Below are positions 42,446 to 52,942 of a DNA stretch of 64,000 nucleotides, piece by piece. The notes under the pieces are model-generated. The model made no database searches and was not told the origin of the DNA. It saw only the letters and a list, made by a program, of their open reading frames with translations. Within the stretch, counting starts at the first letter, position 1, and each line of letters starts with the position of its first letter. A program made the translations under genes and the position numbers. Location: assembly GCA_963841565.1 (NCBI GenBank), contig CAWJCY010000006.1, positions 339,979-403,978 on the forward strand, given 5' to 3'. The stretch is from an uncultured Nitrososphaerales archaeon. GTDB taxonomy: Archaea; Thermoproteota; Nitrososphaeria; Nitrososphaerales; Nitrososphaeraceae.

Positions 42446-43729
42446 TTGGACGCTGTTGCAGGAACTAAGTTCCGAGAATTGAGCTTGACTGATAGACTAG
42501 ATCTAATTAAGAAGAATGCTTCTCTTGAGGACAGGGACATCCATTTTCTCAAGGATTCAGCGAATAGCTTGGGTTTTGATAATGTGAATAGAATGATAGA
42601 AAATGCGATAGGAGTATTTCCCGTCCCAATGGGAATTGCGACAAACTTTTTGATTAATGACTTGGACTATCTTATCCCTATGGCAATAGAAGAGCCGTCT
42701 GTGATTGCTGCTACAAGTAAAGCGGCAAAAATAGCCAAACTCACAGGCGGATTTCACGCTGAAGCAGATGATTCTCTAATGATTGGTCAAATTCAAGTGA
42801 TCCCAGATGATAAACCTCATGAGGCAATCTCAAGAGAGATTCTCAAGAAAAAAGATGAACTGTATAGGATTGCCAGTTCCAAGGCTAGATCGTCAAAAGT
42901 AGTAGAAATAAAACTCAGAGCCGTCCAAGACGAGAGCCAGCTAGGCATGGGCACCATGATAATTGTTGAACTTATAGTCAACACTCATGATGCGATGGGT
43001 GCCAACGTAGTGAATACGATGTGCGAAGCAGTCGGACATACCATTGAGAGTATTACTGGCGGCAGGACGATATTGAAGATCCTTTCGAACTATTCGGTGC
43101 GGAGACTGGTTAGATGTAGAGCTACATTCCCGAAAAATCAAATTGGAGGAGATATCGCCGTAGAACGAATCCTATATGCATATGCTCTAGCCTATTCAGA
43201 TGTCTACAGAGCTGTTACACACAACAAAGGTATCATGAACGGTATTGATTCAGTAGCATTGGCGACTGGGCAGGACTTCCGTGCTATTGAGGCTGCCGCT
43301 CACGCTTATGCTAGTAGAGGAGGTCGTTACAGGTCATTGTCAAAGTGGTTTAGAGATGAAAATGGTGATCTTGTTGGTGAATTGGAAATGCCTATGGCTG
43401 TAGGGATTGTGGGTGGAGTGACAAAGGTACATCAGATGGCCGCGACGAGTTTAAAGATTCTAAAAGTCAATTCTTCCCAAGAACTTGCGATTGTAATCGC
43501 ATCTGTGGGTCTAGCTCAGAATTTTGCAGCGCTACTCGCATTGGCTTCTGAAGGGATCCAGAAAGGGCACATGAAACTACATTCAAGAAATATTGCTTTT
43601 ATGGCAGGGGCAAGAGACGATATGATAGACATTATATCCGAACATCTTGTCAAGGAAGACAAAGTAAACCTGTCTAGAGCTAAAGAATTGATGGTTAAAT
43701 ATAGCCAAGACGGTCAAATCAATGATTAG
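42446..43729 (+). CDS. hmgA: Class II (bacterial-type) HMG-CoA reductase
   Basis: ENAIG, EEPSVIAA, DAMGAN, ILSN, THNKGIMNG, GIQKGHMKLH. Confidence 0.95.
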   Translation: MDAVAGTKFRELSLTDRLDLIKKNASLEDRDIHFLKDSANSLGFDNVNRMIENAIGVFPVPMGIATNFLINDLDYLIPMAIEEPSVIAATSKAAKIAKLTGGFHAEADDSLMIGQIQVIPDDKPHEAISREILKKKDELYRIASSKARSSKVVEIKLRAVQDESQLGMGTMIIVELIVNTHDAMGANVVNTMCEAVGHTIESITGGRTILKILSNYSVRRLVRCRATFPKNQIGGDIAVERILYAYALAYSDVYRAVTHNKGIMNGIDSVALATGQDFRAIEAAAHAYASRGGRYRSLSKWFRDENGDLVGELEMPMAVGIVGGVTKVHQMAATSLKILKVNSSQELAIVIASVGLAQNFAALLALASEGIQKGHMKLHSRNIAFMAGARDDMIDIISEHLVKEDKVNLSRAKELMVKYSQDGQIND

Positions 43730-43768
43730 ATATATACAAAGGATCTGGCAATTCTCAAGCATTTAGCC

Positions 43769-44746
43769 ATGTCTATAGTTAAGTTTGCAATTCCAAAAGG
43801 CAGTATTGAAGATGCAACATTTAGAGTACTCGAACAAGCATGGCAGACTGTTAGTGGTCATGGACGAACATATCGCATCAAACTCAGTGATCCAGATATC
43901 GAAGTGAAAATCCTACGCCCTCAAGAAATTCCTACTTATGTTCAAGAAGGTTTCTACGATGTTGGAATAACTGGTAAGGATTGGGTCAGAGAAGCCAACG
44001 CATATGTTTCTCCTTTGCTTGATTTGGAGTATGGGCACGTCAGCCAGGTCATTGCAGTACCTGAGATTTTTCCGGTCAATAATTTATCGGAACTGATCAC
44101 AGAATTCGCGGAAAAGAAGAAGACTTTGAGAATTTCGTCTGAATATCTTACGACCACTTCTTCACATATAAAATCTAATAGTGCATACACTAGGTATTTT
44201 GGCGATTCTGATCCCCAGATCATTACCCCATGGTTGCGTGTAGGAACAAACAAGAATGTGCAGATATTCCTTTCTTTTGGCGCGACAGAAGCTAAACCAC
44301 CAGAAGACGTTGATGCGATCTTTGATATTACTGAAACAGGAACGACCATAATGCAGAACAATCTTAAAATTATAGATACTGTAATGGAGTCATCTGCAAT
44401 ATTAATTGCTAATAAGACGTCATTGATGAATATAGGTAAGAGAGAAAAGATTGCAGATATGCTCGCTCTATTGAAGGGAGTAGTTGAAGCGAGAAAAAAA
44501 GTTCACATTTTTATGAATGTTAAAGAAGAAAATATTAGTCCCATTCTTGAAAATCTTCCCGCTCTCAAGAGGCCCACAATAAGCAATCTAAGTGAAAGTG
44601 GATGGTATAGCGTTAGCACGATAATAGACAAAAACGAATTTATCAAAATCCTTCCATTATTGCGGAAGAGAGCTCAAGGTCTTGTAGTAAGTGAACCAAG
44701 GCAGATTCTCCAGCTTGACGAGATCAATATTGATGACCATTTGTAA
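43769..44746 (+). CDS. hisG: ATP phosphoribosyltransferase (long form)
   Basis: AIPKG, RPQEIP, DVGITG.D, GATE, DITETGTT, C-terminal ACT-like domain. Confidence 0.95.
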   Translation: MSIVKFAIPKGSIEDATFRVLEQAWQTVSGHGRTYRIKLSDPDIEVKILRPQEIPTYVQEGFYDVGITGKDWVREANAYVSPLLDLEYGHVSQVIAVPEIFPVNNLSELITEFAEKKKTLRISSEYLTTTSSHIKSNSAYTRYFGDSDPQIITPWLRVGTNKNVQIFLSFGATEAKPPEDVDAIFDITETGTTIMQNNLKIIDTVMESSAILIANKTSLMNIGKREKIADMLALLKGVVEARKKVHIFMNVKEENISPILENLPALKRPTISNLSESGWYSVSTIIDKNEFIKILPLLRKRAQGLVVSEPRQILQLDEINIDDHL

Positions 44747-45055
44747 AATAGTTGAAGATGATGAATTTGTGCGATAGCTATTCTGCTTACCGTAGATAAT
44801 TTGATGCCCGTGCCCATAACTCCATTCTATTTATGAAAGCGTTACCTGAGATACTATTCTATTTTAATCTCATCAAATCGCGTTGATCCATACGAATAAA
44901 TTATATTTTATTCTTAGAATTAAGATAAATGTGCAAAAATCTCGAGGACTGAAGCCTCGATGTGCCTAAATCTTGATGATGAGGATCTCAAAACCTACTC
45001 ACAGCATGTATGCTGTCAATACACAGTTCTCGAGGGTAAAGAGATGATGCATTAA

Positions 45056-45709
45056 ATGGACAACCCTACTCATGCCGCTGCATTCCCTATAGCGAAGCGG
45101 ATACCACCAGCAGATAGAAAAACTAGCGTGCGTGTAGGACAACGGTATGAAACAAGATATGCTGTCTTAGTAAACGACATGTTAAATGATTTTGTTCATG
45201 GGAAATTAAGATCAAATAGAGCTTCTCACATAATCCCAAAATTAAGAGCATTATTGGATGCTGCGAGAGAGAGAGATATTCCAATTTTTTATTGTAATGA
45301 TGAACACGAAATTTCCGACCCTGAACTTAAAATATGGGGTCCTCATGCCATAAAACTTACGCCGGGATCCAAAGTGATCCACGAACTTGAACCACGATCA
45401 ACTGACTATGTGGTTCCAAAAAGAAGCTATGGTTCTTTTGACAATACTAATCTTGATAAGCTTTTAAGAAGCGTATATGAAGGACAAGGAGCTAACACTC
45501 TGATTATAACTGGAATACACACACACATTTGTGTCAAACATACTGCATATGGCGGATTTATTAGGGGATTCAATATGATTATCCCTGAAGATTCTGTCAC
45601 TGCATTCACAGAAGAAAACCATAAGTCAGGCCTACAGTACATAAAGGAGAACTATGGCGCTACGATTAAAAGGACTTCACAGTTACTCAAAGAACTAAAA
45701 TCATACTAG
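45056..45709 (+). CDS. Isochorismatase-superfamily cysteine hydrolase
   Basis: D-K-C triad: VNDMLNDF, PKRSYGSF, GIHTHICV; WGPHA. Confidence 0.9.
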   Translation: MDNPTHAAAFPIAKRIPPADRKTSVRVGQRYETRYAVLVNDMLNDFVHGKLRSNRASHIIPKLRALLDAARERDIPIFYCNDEHEISDPELKIWGPHAIKLTPGSKVIHELEPRSTDYVVPKRSYGSFDNTNLDKLLRSVYEGQGANTLIITGIHTHICVKHTAYGGFIRGFNMIIPEDSVTAFTEENHKSGLQYIKENYGATIKRTSQLLKELKSY

Positions 45710-46265
45710 TTTAATACCATATGTGAGTTTTTGTATGACAGTATACAGTTGGTAAAGAAACTAAATCAAAAATGATATTACCCGTCTAAATTTTAAAGAG
45801 GACAATAACTCTGCGATTTGCAATCCAACCAACTCAACGTAATGACTTAGCGACATATTTGATGCAGGTCATTTACATGCTCGATCAATCCGGATTCGCT
45901 TGAGGAATATTATATTATTTATTCAGATAATGATCTTATCATCGAAAATGAATTAGAATTAACGGTAGAGACAACGAATCCGAGATTGAGCTGGAAATAT
46001 TCCGTTTGCAACGTGTGCTAGATGCGATTTGAAATCTGCTCACTGATAAATAGAATCCATTGAACAGGATAACTTCTCCTCGCAAAAAGAAGTAAATGTA
46101 CCCAATTGATTATCGTTCTACACTTTAGTATGACTGAAAAATGCTCCATTATTATATTATAGAGCAGAGATAACAAATGAAATAGGCATCTACAGAAGTA
46201 CAAAAACTATTGAGAACTTCATTGTAATTTATACTCTAGTTTCAATCAAGGAATAGTAGATTCTA

Positions 46266-47090
46266 TTACTCACTTGCAGGAGGTCTGAAATCAATCACCC
46301 CAGAGATGTCCAATATGTCTAATTCGTTAGCCATTTCTTGAGCTTCTGCAGTTTCATCATCTTCATTCATACATCTATTATAGAAATTGCATTTGGGGCA
46401 CTTCAAATTCCTCTTGGACTGAGAAAGCCTAGGAAGGATAGACACATCGGAATGTTCAAGTGCTTTCCTGAAAAGATTTTTTCTTCTAACCATTTCGTTC
46501 TTCAAAATTTCCCTAACAATATCATCTTGTGGCAGATGGACACTCCAACTTTCTATCAACGGCCCTTTCGCATCATGAGGTCGAAGAAAGTAATCCCCCT
46601 TCGAATCACTTTTTATCCATCTCAGTTCTTTCGTATTATACCTAATGGAAATGACTCCTCGTTCAACGCCTGTTATTACAAGATAATATAACAATTGGCG
46701 CAGATATGATCTGAACTTTTCATCGGCAATGTTTAGTCTATTGAAGTTCAAAGTGTCTTTGAGTTCAACAACAGAATCGTCAGACATTATATCCGGATGC
46801 GCAAGTATTCCGTCGAATTTAAGATTTGCTTGGGAGACGCCTATGTTTGCAAGCTGAGTTATAACAAATTCGCTAGACTCTCCTCTGATGAAATGATATA
46901 TAGACTCATCAGATATCGTATCAATCTCTGGAAATTTACGTGAATAATACTGTTTTCTTATACATGATGAAGGAATAATATCTGAGACATGCACTTCATC
47001 TTCAGACCGCCTTTTCTGGCTATATCTAGATCTTAGATTCAGTTTGAGTACATTAGTAAATTCATCATCTCGTCTGACCAGTACAGTCAT
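46266..47090 (-). CDS. Solo Cas4-like PD-(D/E)xK nuclease with a four-Cys cluster
   Basis: HVSD...CIRKQYY, HPD...VELK, QLLYY, CPKCNFYNRC. Confidence 0.8.
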   Translation of the reverse strand: MTVLVRRDDEFTNVLKLNLRSRYSQKRRSEDEVHVSDIIPSSCIRKQYYSRKFPEIDTISDESIYHFIRGESSEFVITQLANIGVSQANLKFDGILAHPDIMSDDSVVELKDTLNFNRLNIADEKFRSYLRQLLYYLVITGVERGVISIRYNTKELRWIKSDSKGDYFLRPHDAKGPLIESWSVHLPQDDIVREILKNEMVRRKNLFRKALEHSDVSILPRLSQSKRNLKCPKCNFYNRCMNEDDETAEAQEMANELDILDISGVIDFRPPASE

Positions 47091-47634
47091 ATCTCAGCAA
47101 GACAAGATTTAGATCGGTACATAAAAAAAACCTCAATATGATAATCTTTACAGGACTTGGATAATCGCTGTCTTTTAACTTGAACTGAACTGTTCATAAT
47201 ACTATTTCAATAATCTAATTTGATCCATTTTTGTGTTCCTATCATCATGGATTGGCAAGATGTTATCTAAGTTTTGCCTCTACTGCTTTGCATTTTTTGA
47301 TGAAAAAAATCTCGTCAACGGTGATGATTGACTAGTCAATTGATAAGCAACACACTAGCAGGCAAGCTAATTATAGACAATGATTTTCATTATTAAAATT
47401 TCATTTTGCTAAGCTTAAACCAAGACCACCATGTTAGGAGAAGATTACAACATCGAAGAGTTTCGTTAATATGATAGAATAGATTAGTATCCCGTCAGGA
47501 AGCCCAAATTCTACTCAAATAAGATTATCTATTGTAGGCCTCTTGGCGTACAAGATATATTCCTGTTTCATTCCCCTCTAACTGCAACGTAAATTGTCCG
47601 AGAATAATAGTGATCTAGATGGTGTTGAGAATTC

Positions 47635-48927
47635 TTGAGAATTATTGATATAAAAAATGTGCAGTTAGATGTTGCAAATTTTAGGAAGGTACATGAAACT
47701 TTATCAGATAATATTATAAAAAAGACAAGTGCTATTATAACGTCAGTAGGAAAGTCTGGGGATCGTGCACTCCTTAAGTATACTAAAGAATTCGAAGGCG
47801 TCGAACTGAAAACTCTTAGAGTGTCTGAGGACGAAATTAGAACTGCATTTAAAAATGTCACTTCTTTGCAGCTAAGATCAATACATGCAATGCGAAAGAG
47901 ATTGATTAGATTCGAATCTGATTTGTTTGATCATCTGAGTAACATCGAATCACGATTTGACCGAACAAAAGTAACAAGACTGCTTAGACCTATAGAGAGT
48001 GTTGGTTGCTATGTACCAGGAGGGAAAGCTAGATACCCTAGTACCTTACTGATGTGCTGTACTCCAGCAAATGTGGCTGGCGTCAAGAGATTAGTTGTGA
48101 TCACTCCTCCTCGGAAGGATGGAAGTATTGATCCTCTGACCCTGGTCGCTGCTGATATCTGCAAAGTACAGGAAGTCTACAAACTTGGAGGAGCTCAAGG
48201 AATAGCCGCACTAGCCTTTGGAACAGAAAGCGTTAGGAAAGTTGACAAGATTGTGGGACCTGGAGGTATTTTTGTAACCGCTGCCAAAAATATGGTTTCC
48301 GACAGGGTTGCAATCGATATGGTCGCCGGTCCTACAGAATTGTTGGTATTTGCTGATTCAAAATCACATCCTCGGCTCGTAGCTCTTGATTTGATCTCTC
48401 AATCTGAGCACAGTAGTGACACACTCTGTGGTGTTGTAACGACATCGAGACGCATGGCGATGCGAGTTAAAGAAGAGATTAATGTGCTGATCAGAAGCAA
48501 AGAGGGTATCCCAAGGCGCGATATAATTTCGAAAAGTCTTAATGGGAATGGTTTTCTTGCAATATGCAAACAAGAATCTGATGCTATCGATTTTATAAAT
48601 GAATTCGCGCCTGAACATTTAGAGGTAATGACTGTTAACGCGGCTTCGGTAGTTAAAAAAATAAGATCTGCAGGCCTCATTCTTATAGGAAAGGACACTC
48701 CATCTGCAGCTAGTGATTATTGCCTAGGTTCAAATCATGTGTTACCTACCCGGGGATTTGCTAAGTCGCGAGCTGCATTATCTGTCTTGGACTTTCTAAA
48801 GATGATAAGTTGCATTGAATTAAACGGAAAAGAGCTAAAAAAGATTGAATCTTGTGTAAGGGAAATCACGACTGCAGAGGGATTATTTAATCATTACAGA
48901 GCAGTAGAAGGAAGATTTTGGAAATGA
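47635..48927 (+). CDS. hisD: Histidinol dehydrogenase
   Basis: VGCYVPGG, DKIVGPG, IDMVAGPTE, QSEH, APEHL, GSNHVLPT. Confidence 0.97.
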   Translation: MRIIDIKNVQLDVANFRKVHETLSDNIIKKTSAIITSVGKSGDRALLKYTKEFEGVELKTLRVSEDEIRTAFKNVTSLQLRSIHAMRKRLIRFESDLFDHLSNIESRFDRTKVTRLLRPIESVGCYVPGGKARYPSTLLMCCTPANVAGVKRLVVITPPRKDGSIDPLTLVAADICKVQEVYKLGGAQGIAALAFGTESVRKVDKIVGPGGIFVTAAKNMVSDRVAIDMVAGPTELLVFADSKSHPRLVALDLISQSEHSSDTLCGVVTTSRRMAMRVKEEINVLIRSKEGIPRRDIISKSLNGNGFLAICKQESDAIDFINEFAPEHLEVMTVNAASVVKKIRSAGLILIGKDTPSAASDYCLGSNHVLPTRGFAKSRAALSVLDFLKMISCIELNGKELKKIESCVREITTAEGLFNHYRAVEGRFWK

Positions 48928-50006
48928 CGTCAGAATGGCTCTCAAAAAGGCTTCTGGAACTGTCCAAACTTGACGCATATGTCAAGCCCGCTACTCGTGA
49001 CAGAGTTATAAAAATGGATGCCAATGAGAATCTTGCTTTGTCTCCACAATTCCTAAATGATATTGTGTCTAAAGCAGTCTCCATGACTGACTTGAGATAT
49101 TATCCTGCCGAAGAATTAGAGAAGTTCCATGATGAATTATCAAGATATTTGAACATGAACAAGAAGCATATTGCTGTTAGCAATGGTTCAGATCAAATAA
49201 TAGAATCTTTGTTATCGACGTTAGGAAAACGAGGTAATGTTACTATTGTTGAACCCACTTTCTCATATTTCATAAACCGATGTAAATTACATGACATACC
49301 GATTGAAAGTGTTCCTTTGAACGAAATAGACAATAGCATTCCGCTATCAAGATTTATGAACAGTGCAAAAAAATCAAATATTGTATATATTTGTTCTCCT
49401 AATAATCCTACAGGAAATCAGTTTGACAAAGAGACAATGCTAGACATTGTTGAAACACTAAACGACAAGTTGATAATAGTTGATGAAGCGTATGTAGAAT
49501 TTGGAAATTATAGTTTATCCCAATTCGTAGCTAAGTATGATAATTTGATCGTTCTTCGGACTATGTCAAAAGCGTTTGGATTAGCTGGTGCAAGGATAGG
49601 GTATCTAATCTCCCATGAGAATTTGGCAGAGATTTTTAGAACACATATCCAATCCCCCTATCCGATTAATAGCTTGTCACTATCCGTAGCCACATCTGCT
49701 TTATCCTCGTCACAGTACTTTTTGGAGATAGTTCAATTAATCAGACAACAAAGAGACAATTTGTTTCTAATCCTTAGAAAAATGCAAGGAATTAAACCTT
49801 TCCGATCGGACGCAAATTTTGTCTTTTTTGAATCTTTTGATTTATACGACTCAATTCAAGAAGAGCTTAGTCATGAATTGATATCAATTAAGGCTTTAGG
49901 TGATTTTTGTGAATATAGAGGGTGCTTTAGGGTTACAGTGGGTACTGAAGAAATGAATGATAAATTTATCGACTCGATGAGAAAAATCATGTCAAAGGAT
50001 GGATAA
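48918..50006 (+). CDS. hisC: Histidinol-phosphate aminotransferase
   Basis: DANEN, NGSD, CSPNNPTG, DEAY, RTMSKAFGLAGARIGY. Confidence 0.95.
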   Translation: MEMTSEWLSKRLLELSKLDAYVKPATRDRVIKMDANENLALSPQFLNDIVSKAVSMTDLRYYPAEELEKFHDELSRYLNMNKKHIAVSNGSDQIIESLLSTLGKRGNVTIVEPTFSYFINRCKLHDIPIESVPLNEIDNSIPLSRFMNSAKKSNIVYICSPNNPTGNQFDKETMLDIVETLNDKLIIVDEAYVEFGNYSLSQFVAKYDNLIVLRTMSKAFGLAGARIGYLISHENLAEIFRTHIQSPYPINSLSLSVATSALSSSQYFLEIVQLIRQQRDNLFLILRKMQGIKPFRSDANFVFFESFDLYDSIQEELSHELISIKALGDFCEYRGCFRVTVGTEEMNDKFIDSMRKIMSKDG

Positions 50007-50033
50007 AACTGTCTCACTCACCAAGTTTCATTA

Positions 50034-50994
50034 ATGGAGGGTACTCAAGTTCTACAAGAAGAATTTAGATGGCATACTCTTTGATGTGGATGGAGTTCTG
50101 ATAGACACTCGACTATCGTACAATCTTGCTATCAAAAAAACGGTCAAACATGTTCTCGACATTTTGAATATGGCCAAAACAATTCAGTCCGTATCAGACA
50201 GTATCCTACTTAAAATGCGTCGAACTGGAGGCTTTAATAACGATATTGATACTACTTATGCCCTGATTCTCACTTCATTGGTAAGTCAGATTACAAACAC
50301 GAAAGAATTAGAAAGCCTTCTTTTTGGTGCAACCAATAAGATTGATGCAGGAGGCATAATTTCTGTAGAAAGGTATCTGTCGACACTCTATTCTAAAGCT
50401 ACAGTTGAGAGAATAAAACTCAAGTTGAGTTATCCTGGACCTGTTGGAGGGAGTATTGTGACAACTGTGTTTGATGAAGTTTTTTATGGAGGAGAACTAT
50501 TTAAGCAAAGATACGGTATTTATCCTAAACACTATTTTGGTGACGGTTTAATCGATAATGAAAAGGTTCTGATTACCAGGAGCACTACAAGATTCCTGTT
50601 AAATAGATTTAATAATAGTATTGGAGTTGTTTCAGGAAGGAGTAAATTGGCCTTTGAGTACTCTCTTCAAGGGATATTATCAACTTTTAACAAAGAAGCA
50701 TGCATATTTTTGGAAGACGAACCAAGAAAAAATGCAAAGCCTAATCCTTATGGAATTAGAAAAGCTATGAAACGAATGCTAACAAAGCATGCTATATACG
50801 TTGGTGATTCTGTAGAGGATATAATTATGGTAGGAAAGGCGAAAGAAGAAATGGGACTGGATGTTGAATTCATTGGAATATATGGATCGAGTCCTAAACC
50901 TATGGAAACTAGGAAAGCTCTTAAGCAGAATGGTGCAGAGTTAGTATTAAGAAGCGTCAATAATCTGCCAAATATATTAAATAATGTAATGTGA
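50034..50994 (+). CDS. HAD-superfamily hydrolase in the his operon (one extra base at about 50040)
   Basis: Restored MEVLKFYKKNLDGILFDVDGVL (DxD), SGR, KPNP, YVGDSVED. Confidence 0.85.
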
Positions 50995-51008
50995 ATACTT
51001 GATCGCAT

Positions 51009-51614
51009 TTGATTGAAGAAAGTAAGCATGAAAGGATTGGTGAAACTACTCGCTCCACCAAAGAAACAAATATCAAAGTTACAGTCAATCTAGACGGAAC
51101 GGGAAAAGCGAACACTTCCTCAACTGGATTGCCTTTTATTAATCACTTAATAGAATCTCTCGCAAGACATAGTATGATTGATATCAATGTACTTGCTAAT
51201 TCAAATGATAATATTGTACACCACTTGATCGAGGACACCGCTATCTCTCTTTCCCGTGCTTTAGACAAGGCACTAAGCGATAGGAAGCATATCTTTAGGT
51301 TTGGTTATGCAATCGTCCCGATGGACGATTCTTTGACGATCGCTTCTATTGACCTTGTCAGGCGGCAATATAGCAGGATTTCGTTGTCTCTCATCAACAA
51401 TAAGATTGAGGGAATTTACAAAGAAGACATAGAGCATTTCGTTCGATCGCTTGTGGAGAACCTTAACGCATGTGTTCATATTGATGTTAAGTACGGGGAA
51501 AATGATCATCACAAGGTTGAATCTGTAATAAAGGCATTTGCGATCGCATTTCGTATGGCTATAAATTTTGATCCTAGGAGTCAAGGTGTTGCCAGTACCA
51601 AAGGAGAAATGTAA
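51009..51614 (+). CDS. hisB: Imidazoleglycerol-phosphate dehydratase (monofunctional)
   Basis: R.TKET, HHLIED, PMDD, NDHHKVE, STKG. Confidence 0.96.
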   Translation: MIEESKHERIGETTRSTKETNIKVTVNLDGTGKANTSSTGLPFINHLIESLARHSMIDINVLANSNDNIVHHLIEDTAISLSRALDKALSDRKHIFRFGYAIVPMDDSLTIASIDLVRRQYSRISLSLINNKIEGIYKEDIEHFVRSLVENLNACVHIDVKYGENDHHKVESVIKAFAIAFRMAINFDPRSQGVASTKGEM

Positions 51615-52234
51615 TGGCCAGACTGGCTATTTTCGACTATGGAGCTGGAAATCTATTTAGTTTAGAATCCTCTATCCGGAACAATGGGGCTAAAAAAGTA
51701 TCAATAATAAGAGACATGAACACCTTAGACGAATTCGATGGTCTGGTACTACCAGGAGTAGGGAATTTCGATCCTGCGATAATATCTCTTGAACCCTTCA
51801 AAGGAACACTTGAAAAAGCATCCGTAGGGGGAACACCAATTCTGGGCATATGCCTAGGAATGGAAATGTTCCTGGAGAAAAGTGAAGAAGGGAAACTGGA
51901 TGGACTCAAATTGTTAGAAGGTTACGTACAGGTGCTTGACAAGAAACAAGTAAAGGTTCCACATATTGGTTGGAACAATCTGATTATTACTAATAAGAGA
52001 GGCAAATTACTTAGAGGCGTACAGGACGGATCATGGGTATATTTTGTTCATTCATATAGAATCGTATCACAAGAAATGGAGATCACTATGGCTAGCGCCG
52101 AGTATGGGACTAGGTTTCCTGTAGTAATAGAGAAGGATAATCTCTTTGGGACCCAATTCCATCCAGAAAAATCAGGAGCAATAGGTGAGAAGATTATTAA
52201 GAATTTCATTGGAGTGTGTGATAAGAGTAGATGA
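51614..52234 (+). CDS. hisH: Imidazole glycerol phosphate synthase, glutaminase subunit
   Basis: DYGAGN, LPGVG, GICLGM, PHIGWN, QFHPEKS. Confidence 0.97.
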   Translation: MARLAIFDYGAGNLFSLESSIRNNGAKKVSIIRDMNTLDEFDGLVLPGVGNFDPAIISLEPFKGTLEKASVGGTPILGICLGMEMFLEKSEEGKLDGLKLLEGYVQVLDKKQVKVPHIGWNNLIITNKRGKLLRGVQDGSWVYFVHSYRIVSQEMEITMASAEYGTRFPVVIEKDNLFGTQFHPEKSGAIGEKIIKNFIGVCDKSR

Positions 52235-52938
52235 TGGTCATCCCTGCAATTGATCTGTTGGATGGGAAAGTTGTAAGATTAGTGAAAGGGGATCCTGATA
52301 CTAAGACCATCTATAGCGACGATCCTGTTGAAGTGGCTGAGAGGTGGGCTGCTGAGGGGGCAGAAATGTTACACATAGTTGATCTAGACGCAGCATTACA
52401 GACGGGAAATAACAATCGGAAAATGATATATAAAATAGCAGCATCTATTCAGATACCGGTACAGGCTGCTGGAGGAATAAGATCAGTTGATATTATTAAT
52501 GAAATGCTGAAAAATGTGAATAAGATCGTTCTAGGCACGATCGCTTTTCAGGAACCAGATCTTATAGGAAAGATGATCAGGAAAAAGAAAGAAAGGATCG
52601 TACTTGCTGTAGATCATCGGGATAGAACGGTAGTAGTAAATGGTTGGAAAGAAAAGACGAATTTCTCGATTCAAAACGCCATTTATGATTTTCAAGCAGT
52701 AGGCATTTCAGAATTTTTACTGACAAGTGTTGAGAAAGATGGTACTCTTTCCGGCCCAGATTTATCTAGTTTACGACACGCTTCTACTGTTCCCGGTGCA
52801 AAAATAATTGCAAGTGGAGGAATTTCCAGCTTGGAAGATATCCTGCGAGCACGAACAGCCGGGTGTTCTTCAATAATCTTAGGCAAAGCACTCTATGACA
52901 GAAGGATAAGTATCGCGCATGCGAGAGCCCTAGCGTAA
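52231..52938 (+). CDS. hisA: ProFAR isomerase
   Basis: IPAIDL..GKVVRL..G, HIVDLD, GGIRS, DGTLSG, ASGG. Confidence 0.96.
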   Translation: MMVIPAIDLLDGKVVRLVKGDPDTKTIYSDDPVEVAERWAAEGAEMLHIVDLDAALQTGNNNRKMIYKIAASIQIPVQAAGGIRSVDIINEMLKNVNKIVLGTIAFQEPDLIGKMIRKKKERIVLAVDHRDRTVVVNGWKEKTNFSIQNAIYDFQAVGISEFLLTSVEKDGTLSGPDLSSLRHASTVPGAKIIASGGISSLEDILRARTAGCSSIILGKALYDRRISIAHARALA

Positions 52939-52942
52939 TGAT

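Noticed and set aside
42446-43729. Bacterial-type HMG-CoA reductase as a novel transfer
   Set aside because: Class II enzymes are already known in several archaeal groups, and the composition matches the host
45710-47634. Mini-CRISPR array or casposon ends around the Cas4-like gene
   Set aside because: No repeated 24-40 bp units, terminal inverted repeats, cas1 or polB visible by eye
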